Notes under the pieces: generated by a model | What the model saw: the letters and a program-made list of their open reading frames with translations, nothing else | Database searches by the model: none | What the model was told of the DNA's origin: nothing | IMG/VR virus record: IMGVR_UViG_3300021387_003827 | Location: 96,001 to 160,000 of that record | Length of the DNA: 64,000 nt | Source: a virus | Lineage: Duplodnaviria; Caudoviricetes | Strand: one strand, 5' to 3' | Part shown: in pieces, positions 58,001-64,000 of the stretch | How the letters are laid out: each line of letters opens with the position of its first letter | Numbering within the stretch: position 1 is the first letter of the stretch | Program-made: the position numbers and the translations under genes

Positions 58001-58030
58001 CATAAATAAGAGTTAAAGCCTTAAATATAA
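58000..58030. promoter_or_regulatory. Back-to-back divergent phage promoters
   Basis: TCTTATTTATGA (-, 58000..58011) and CCTTAAATATAA (+, 58019..58030). Confidence 0.6.
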
Positions 58031-58031
58031 G

Positions 58032-58631
58032 ATGAAAATAATAGATAATAAGAAAGACTATTATGATTATGTAAGTGGAATATACGGAGTTGATGAGGAT
58101 ATAACTTATGATAGAAGAGGGTCAATTCCGTCTAAGCAAATTAAAGAAACCATCCATGAGTTTGATAATGAAGTTTTACCATACGCTACGGATGAGTGGA
58201 CGTATATAACGGTAGTAGCTGGAATGAAGGTCTGGAATATAGAACTTCATAGAGAAATTGTAAGTGGAAAAATTAATCTCTCTGCAAGATTGTGGACTGG
58301 AATAAGAACATACAAAGTGTACAAATACCTTCCTCCCAGCTTTCCTTTTTCAGAGCACCCTGAATCCTATTTATCAAAAGAATCACCACTCGTGCTTCTA
58401 GTGAATGTAGATAGGTGGTGGGGAGTAAAGGGGAAGGTAATAAAAAATCCAATTCTCTCTGGTCTCCCAATCGTATCACTCCTCCCGGCTGAAGAGGTGT
58501 GGCAAGGAATCTATGATTACCTGATTAAAATACGAGAGCCGGATATAACAGATAATAGAACAGATATAGAGAAACTGGAGGCTCATGGATTTGATAAAAA
58601 GACCAGTTTTAGAAAAGATAAAAAAGAGTAG
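58032..58631 (+). CDS. Conserved phage hypothetical protein
   Basis: MKII..KDYYD..YG.D and HGFDKKTSFR motifs. Confidence 0.7.
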   Translation: MKIIDNKKDYYDYVSGIYGVDEDITYDRRGSIPSKQIKETIHEFDNEVLPYATDEWTYITVVAGMKVWNIELHREIVSGKINLSARLWTGIRTYKVYKYLPPSFPFSEHPESYLSKESPLVLLVNVDRWWGVKGKVIKNPILSGLPIVSLLPAEEVWQGIYDYLIKIREPDITDNRTDIEKLEAHGFDKKTSFRKDKKE

Positions 58632-58655
58632 AAATTAATCTACTCTTTCTTTTTT
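58622..58655. terminator. Bidirectional terminator
   Basis: AAAGAGTAGA-aattaa-TCTACTCTTT between convergent genes. Confidence 0.75.
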
Positions 58656-61263
58656 ACTCAACTCCTACAGTTATGGAGTCGTCTTTGAGGTCCACCGAAA
58701 TCTTCTTTTTCCCATGAAGATCATCGATATTCAGCAATTCTTCACAGATCTTATCGACAATACATTTGTCTATTTCTGTCTGAAGATTTCTTGCTCCATA
58801 TCTCTTATCTACCCTATCAAGGACATACTTTTTGGCTTCTTTTGTAAGAGACACTGACATTCCACGCTTCTTCATTCTTTCTTTAAACTTGGTAAATTCG
58901 ATATCAAAGATTTTATCCATCTCTTTATCACCAAGACTATTGAATACGCAGATTCCGGTGAGTCGTCCGATAAGTTCTGGAGGAAAGCTCTTATTTATAG
59001 CCTTCATAATTACGGACTTATCCTCCTTTGATTTTGTTTCAGCATCCTTCGTTCCAAACCCAATTCCATCACCCTTAAGAACAAGCTCTTTAGTTCCGGT
59101 ATTAGAGGTGAAGATTATAACTGCATCTCTAAAGGACACTTCGATATTATTTGAAAGTCTTATGAATCCCGTTGATAAGATGTTCAAGAATACGGATTTG
59201 ACAATTTCTGGTGCACACTTATCGATTTCATCTACAAGGAGAACTATACTCGGGCGTTCTCTCACTTTGTCAAGAAGCGGCGGGTCATTATATCCAACAT
59301 AACCACTACTTGAGCCTAGAAGTTTAGAGACGGCGTGGTGTTCATTGAGCTCTCCGCAGTCGATTCTCAGCATAGCCTTTTCATCACCAAATATATTAAT
59401 TGCTACCTGTCTGGCTAATTCAGTTTTACCAACACCGGTCGGACCACACCATAAGAAGGAGGCGATGGGTTTTGTTTCATCTCTAAGCCCAAGATAACTA
59501 CGACTTAAAGACTTACATACATCTTCTATAGCCTCTTGCTGGCCGATGATAACTTTCCCGAGATTAGCCTTCATTCCACGAAGTTTAGAAAGTTCTGGAT
59601 TTAATATCTTATCCACCGGAATACCAGTAGACTTTGATACGATATCTGCCACAGTATCTATAGTTACCTCTGGCCAGGCGTCTTTCTTTCCAGGACTGAG
59701 AAGATTTTTAAGTTCTTCCCTAAGTTTTTCTTCTTCGCTCTTCTTTTCTCTGGCTTTTACAAAATCAAGATCCTTTGTAAACTTGACTTTTTCCTCCTCT
59801 GCTGTTTTGATCTTAGTTTCAAGTTCCTTTATCTGATCCTCATTTCTTGCCACAGAGAGTTTAGTTTGAGCTCCGGCGGTATCCATTAAGTCTATCGCCT
59901 TGTCTGGATTTCTTCTGTCATAGATATACTTCTCACTCCATTCAGCGCAAGCTTTAAGGACATCAGCGGTATACTTAACATGATGAAACTCTGAATATTT
60001 CTTACTAAGACCTTTGAGAATTTTAATTACTTCTTCAGTTTTTGGCTCTTCAACTAGGACTTTCTGAAACCTTCTCTTTAGTGCTCCATCCTTTTCAATG
60101 TATTTTTTATACTCGTCAAGAGTTGTTGAAGCAATAACCGTGATTTCGCCTCTTCCAAGATATGGCTTTATAAAATCGGCCATAGAAGAAGAGTTATCAG
60201 TTGCAGCTTGGTGGAACTCGTCGATATAGAGAATAATATCTTTATTTTCAACAAGCTCTTTACATATATTTTGAATTCGCTCTTCCCACTGTCCTCTAAA
60301 TTGAGTTCCAGAAAGAAGACCCATTGCGGATACAGAATATATTTTCTTATCTTTTAGTTCTCTTACTGTATTTCCATTAGCAAGATTTTGTGCCAGAGCC
60401 TCAACGATAGCGGATTTTCCAGCTCCAGGCTCACCTAAGAGAATGGCATTGCATTTCTTTCTACAGCATAGAATTTGTGTTAACTGCTGCAGCTCTTTAT
60501 CTCGGCCAACAACAGGGTCATAGTCCCCGTTTTTAGCTTTTTCCGTCATATTTACCCCGAACTGATCTAGTGTCGGAGTTTTTGAATTAGGATCAACTCT
60601 CTTCGATGCAATAGGGCCCTCTGATCCAGCGTTCTCAAATCTCCTCTCATCATCAGACTTATCAGAGTCTTTATCCTCTGGAGAATCGTTGTTTCCGAGA
60701 AGCTGATCTATGAATCCCTTAGGAATACCAGCATTATCTGCTATTTTCTTAAGTCCATTTAATTTTTTATCTTGGAAAGTCTCTGAGGTAATGGAGTATT
60801 TTTCTAAGATTCTTATACTCTCCTCATCTTTTTCCAATAACATAGAAGGAATCATATCATCCGCCGTAAGCTCGTCTCCAATTTGACCTCTTAAGACAGA
60901 AGACACCATTTCTCTGCCCTTTTTTGCCCTTTGAAACACTCTTTCCAATGAATCTGATAGATTGATTTCCTCTCCTTTATCAAATAAATTGCTGAGAATT
61001 GATTTCTTTCTTTCAGAGAGAACTAATTCCCATACCTCTTCCATCATATTTAGAATATCTCTCTGAGGGAGTTGATGAATTAATTCATAAAATTCCGGAG
61101 ATTCATAATCTATGTCCTTTCTGCCAGAATTATAATGATATAAAGCAGAATATACAAATAGATTAAGTGAAATTTCTTTTAGATTGATGTCTTGGGCAAA
61201 ATCGTGGGAAACATTAAATAACATTGAAATTTCCCGTGACATATTGAATGATTCTTTTGACAT
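58654..61263 (-). CDS. clpC: ClpC-like AAA+ unfoldase
   Basis: GEPGAGKS, YIDEFH, coiled-coil M domain, GPTGVGKT, ClpP-docking GIGF. Confidence 0.9.
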   Translation of the reverse strand: MSKESFNMSREISMLFNVSHDFAQDINLKEISLNLFVYSALYHYNSGRKDIDYESPEFYELIHQLPQRDILNMMEEVWELVLSERKKSILSNLFDKGEEINLSDSLERVFQRAKKGREMVSSVLRGQIGDELTADDMIPSMLLEKDEESIRILEKYSITSETFQDKKLNGLKKIADNAGIPKGFIDQLLGNNDSPEDKDSDKSDDERRFENAGSEGPIASKRVDPNSKTPTLDQFGVNMTEKAKNGDYDPVVGRDKELQQLTQILCCRKKCNAILLGEPGAGKSAIVEALAQNLANGNTVRELKDKKIYSVSAMGLLSGTQFRGQWEERIQNICKELVENKDIILYIDEFHQAATDNSSSMADFIKPYLGRGEITVIASTTLDEYKKYIEKDGALKRRFQKVLVEEPKTEEVIKILKGLSKKYSEFHHVKYTADVLKACAEWSEKYIYDRRNPDKAIDLMDTAGAQTKLSVARNEDQIKELETKIKTAEEEKVKFTKDLDFVKAREKKSEEEKLREELKNLLSPGKKDAWPEVTIDTVADIVSKSTGIPVDKILNPELSKLRGMKANLGKVIIGQQEAIEDVCKSLSRSYLGLRDETKPIASFLWCGPTGVGKTELARQVAINIFGDEKAMLRIDCGELNEHHAVSKLLGSSSGYVGYNDPPLLDKVRERPSIVLLVDEIDKCAPEIVKSVFLNILSTGFIRLSNNIEVSFRDAVIIFTSNTGTKELVLKGDGIGFGTKDAETKSKEDKSVIMKAINKSFPPELIGRLTGICVFNSLGDKEMDKIFDIEFTKFKERMKKRGMSVSLTKEAKKYVLDRVDKRYGARNLQTEIDKCIVDKICEELLNIDDLHGKKKISVDLKDDSITVGVE

Positions 61264-61317
61264 ATTGTATTATTTTAATCAAATATAAGAATTTAAAAGG
61301 TGAGTATTCCCCACCTT

Positions 61318-63099
61318 TTATCTTATATAATCTGTTTTTTGATCCTTCCAGTTTATATCTGCCTGAATATCACCATCATTGTAGTATCTCAGGTCTAATT
61401 TTTCAAACCCCGAAAGATCTGACAATTCTCTAGCCAGGTTAGCGATTTTATGTACGATCTCCCTTGATTTTCTATATTTTATCATTCTAAGATAAATTTG
61501 AGGATATTCTATCGGACTTACCTGTATAGAAATTTTTCCTTCTGGCATCTTGAAGTCTCCATTCTCTATTTCGTATGCATACTCCCAAGGACTAGGTCTA
61601 TTTTCATCATCTAAAGGACGATCTGTTGCTCTAAGAACATCCCCATCCTTGAATATAGTAATGGATCTTCCCTCTCCAAAGGTTTTATCGTATTTCTCGA
61701 ATAGATCTTCTTTCGTAAGATTTGGATCTTCATCAAACCAGTCTTGGAAAATATCTTTTATGTATCCAATAGTTTTTCCTGCCTTGAGATTATATCTTGT
61801 CATAATAGATGCTCCGGAAACTGGCTGAAGGATTTTATTCTTCGTAATTCCCAGTCCCCTTTCAATCACCTCATTCCACTTTTCCCAGAATGATTTAGTT
61901 TGGCCTGGCATATTATATTCTGGTGCATGGGAGAGGTTGTCTGCATTAATAAGAATCATTAAATCCTCTAAATATCTACCACACTCTCTATAAATTTTTC
62001 TCGTTGTTTTCAAAGATCCGGTATATGTATGAGAACTATAATCATAAAGAGATTTAATTCTCATGTGATTTTGAATAAGATCTTTGACATAAGATATAGT
62101 GTCGTTTGAATAGTGCAGCCTAGAGAGAATAATTTCTGCCATATCAGCGCTATATAATTCATGAAGGTGATATGAAAAATGACCGTCTGGCTCTACTTTA
62201 TGATTCCTATATTTGGATATATCGTGAAGAAGGGCCGCTAAACGTAACTCTAGTTCTCTATAATTCACTCTTGTTTCTGATACTATACTTAAAACACTAA
62301 GAAGGTGTTCAGATAGTGTCATTGAGTGGTATTTGGAGTTCTGATTGAAATCCCAGCCTTCTTCAAGTTCAGGAATTATATTTTCCAAAAGACCAGAGGC
62401 ATGAAGATCTCTGATTGCACCAACTGGATCATCAGAAGTTAGCATTTTAGAGAACTCATCATTTATCCTCTCTTTAGATAATTCATAATACTCCTTGTAG
62501 GGCTTAATCTTTTCAAGAACGAATGGCATTATTGTAAATCCTTTCTGATAAGCAAATCTAAAAGCCCTTAGCATTCTTAAAGGATCATCTCTAAAGGTCA
62601 ATTCTGGATCAAGTGGAGTTCTTAAGACTTTATTTTTCACATCTTCAATCCCATAACCCGTCGGATCTAAGATTTCTTCAGTAACTACATTCATATACAA
62701 TGCATTACAACAGAAATCCCGTCTCTTTGCATCTTCTTGAATTGATGTATACTGGATAGAGTCTGGCTTTCTTGGTCCCTCATTGTAAGATTCTGTTCTA
62801 GGAATCACACACTCTATGTCAATTGGACCGGAGGGAAGGATAAGAGAGAATTTTGCAGTACCATATCTAAGATACACAACAAAATCTTTAGTTACCTCTG
62901 ACCAATTTTTCTTAAGATATTCCATAAAGTCGGCAGATCCAGTCGGAGAATCTATACACAGATCTATATCTTTTATTTCCCTCTTGAGGATAAGGTCACG
63001 TACTGCTCCACCAACCATGTATACATCCTTATCTTTTCCCCAAGAAATAACTATTTTCTTTAATAAATTTAATGCTTGATTATATATTAAATCTGTCAT
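61318..63099 (-). CDS. cca: CCA tRNA nucleotidyltransferase with HD domain
   Basis: VGGAVRD, DIDL, RRDF, DDPLRMLR, LLHDISK; ATG 63099 after promoter TCTTATATTTGA. Confidence 0.9.
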   Translation of the reverse strand: MTDLIYNQALNLLKKIVISWGKDKDVYMVGGAVRDLILKREIKDIDLCIDSPTGSADFMEYLKKNWSEVTKDFVVYLRYGTAKFSLILPSGPIDIECVIPRTESYNEGPRKPDSIQYTSIQEDAKRRDFCCNALYMNVVTEEILDPTGYGIEDVKNKVLRTPLDPELTFRDDPLRMLRAFRFAYQKGFTIMPFVLEKIKPYKEYYELSKERINDEFSKMLTSDDPVGAIRDLHASGLLENIIPELEEGWDFNQNSKYHSMTLSEHLLSVLSIVSETRVNYRELELRLAALLHDISKYRNHKVEPDGHFSYHLHELYSADMAEIILSRLHYSNDTISYVKDLIQNHMRIKSLYDYSSHTYTGSLKTTRKIYRECGRYLEDLMILINADNLSHAPEYNMPGQTKSFWEKWNEVIERGLGITKNKILQPVSGASIMTRYNLKAGKTIGYIKDIFQDWFDEDPNLTKEDLFEKYDKTFGEGRSITIFKDGDVLRATDRPLDDENRPSPWEYAYEIENGDFKMPEGKISIQVSPIEYPQIYLRMIKYRKSREIVHKIANLARELSDLSGFEKLDLRYYNDGDIQADINWKDQKTDYIR

Positions 63100-63114
63100 A
63101 TCAAATATAAGAAA

Positions 63115-63151
63115 AATAAGATACCTAGAACCCATTTCTGAATTCTAGGTA
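63115..63151 (-). terminator. Intrinsic terminator
   Basis: TACCTAGAA..TTCTAGGTA stem, T-rich tail on the minus strand. Confidence 0.7.
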
Positions 63152-63480
63152 CAATCTCCTAAGCAGCCATGATCAAACAGCCGCGGTATAACTGCAAAAC
63201 CGCTACACCCCGAAAGGTGATAAACTTTAACCATGGATTTTGTCTATCTTTAAGTCTTAAGCTTATAATCTTTTTCTGGTTCATGAGCTTTAAACTTTAA
63301 ACTTTCTAGCTTTTATCTTTAAGCTTTCATCATCATTAAATAAACGTAGTGCTTTTCAACAACACTAAGATGAATAACTTTAATTATAAAGCTAACAGGC
63401 TTTGTTTTTACCTCTCATGCCTGCGTTAAATATGAGGGCGTTATTTTTAGCTATTTTCGCTTAAGTATTGGTTTTGAATA
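63152..63480 (-). ncRNA. Putative structured ncRNA with 7-nt periodic AAAG repeats
   Basis: No ORF; multiple helices with minus-strand G-U pairs, UUCG loop, repeat tract 63245..63327. Confidence 0.6.
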
Positions 63481-63509
63481 TATATAAAGGATAGCCTATT
63501 ATATAGTGA

Positions 63510-64000
63510 TTAATCATCGACGTCGATGAATGTTGTAGAGTTAGACTCAGACAACGCGAAATCAACATTTGTGTTAAAATCTTGAATTTCTTTCTCGAGT
63601 GCTTGGATCTTATCACTTAGGCTGATCGGATCTACAAAACTAACTTCGTAGAGCTTCTCCATACTTTCCAAAACCTTCTTTTCGACTTCAGGATCCTTAG
63701 ACGCACCAGCAGTGGTCATATTTTTCACCTGTTCGTCAATTCGTCTACGATTTTCTTCCTCTGCATTATCGTATTCCCTTTGAGCCTTTGTTTGCAGGTT
63801 CTTCATGAAATTGAGGCGGTCTTCCTTGAAAATTATATTATTCTTCATAATCAGGGCTTCCTCAACAGTCATTTCCTTGTCGCCGATCTTGACCATAGTC
63901 ACAGCATTAGATTTCTCAACCTTCACCTTTATCTGGTGAATTCGATCTTCCAATGCAGTAACCTTCTGCCATTGTTCTTTTGCTTTATCAGCAAAATCTT
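63510..64000 (-). CDS. DIP1984-like coiled-coil protein, 5' end outside the window
   Basis: Frame open to the window end; SNAVTMVKI..MTVEEAL and VDFALSESNSTT motifs. Confidence 0.65.
   Translation of the reverse strand, partial: DFADKAKEQWQKVTALEDRIHQIKVKVEKSNAVTMVKIGDKEMTVEEALIMKNNIIFKEDRLNFMKNLQTKAQREYDNAEEENRRRIDEQVKNMTTAGASKDPEVEKKVLESMEKLYEVSFVDPISLSDKIQALEKEIQDFNTNVDFALSESNSTTFIDVDD

Noticed and set aside
58832-59836. Antisense ORFs within clpC and similar short opposite-strand ORFs throughout
   Set aside because: Shadow ORFs of well-supported genes, with no promoter motif or recognisable domains.
63160-63240. tRNA next to the CCA enzyme
   Set aside because: No TTC T-loop, D-arm or cloverleaf spacing on either strand.
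63245-63327. CRISPR array or simple microsatellite
   Set aside because: Units are 7 nt, degenerate and without spacers; no cas genes in the window.

Overview
This window is a 64-kb segment of a large, probably jumbo, AT-rich dsDNA bacteriophage using the standard genetic code. The host is probably an anaerobic Bacteroidota; this is inferred from the lack of Shine-Dalgarno sites, a class III RNR and gene families resembling those of Bacteroidota phages. 1-12.2 kb (+): a tail/receptor-binding gene cluster containing a diversity-generating retroelement with two target genes, an avd-like gene and an intact template repeat. Its reverse transcriptase is reduced to a 103-aa in-frame N+C fusion with no catalytic core. 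16.4-25.7 kb (-): an operon for a phage multisubunit RNA polymerase, with an unsplit beta and a beta' interrupted in the bridge helix by a 363-nt group I intron that carries a 47-aa ORF; it ends in a 2H phosphoesterase. 25.8-37 kb: a mosaic of small accessory genes with several gene remnants and an RNA ligase. 37.5-40 kb: a GC-rich hairpin array in front of an SF2 helicase-like gene (candidate origin). 42-63 kb (-): thioredoxin, an NrdG-FtrB fusion, a free-standing HNH nuclease, intein-containing NrdD, a ParM-like actin, dUTPase, NAD-dependent ligase, GroEL/GroES, ClpC and a CCA-adding enzyme. At the right end, a DIP1984-like coiled-coil gene is followed by a ~350-nt highly structured putative ncRNA with a 7-nt-periodic AAAG repeat tract. 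A phage promoter motif YCTTATWNNTGW precedes about 19 transcription units, many of them essentially leaderless. All family assignments come from motif recognition by eye, not database searches.
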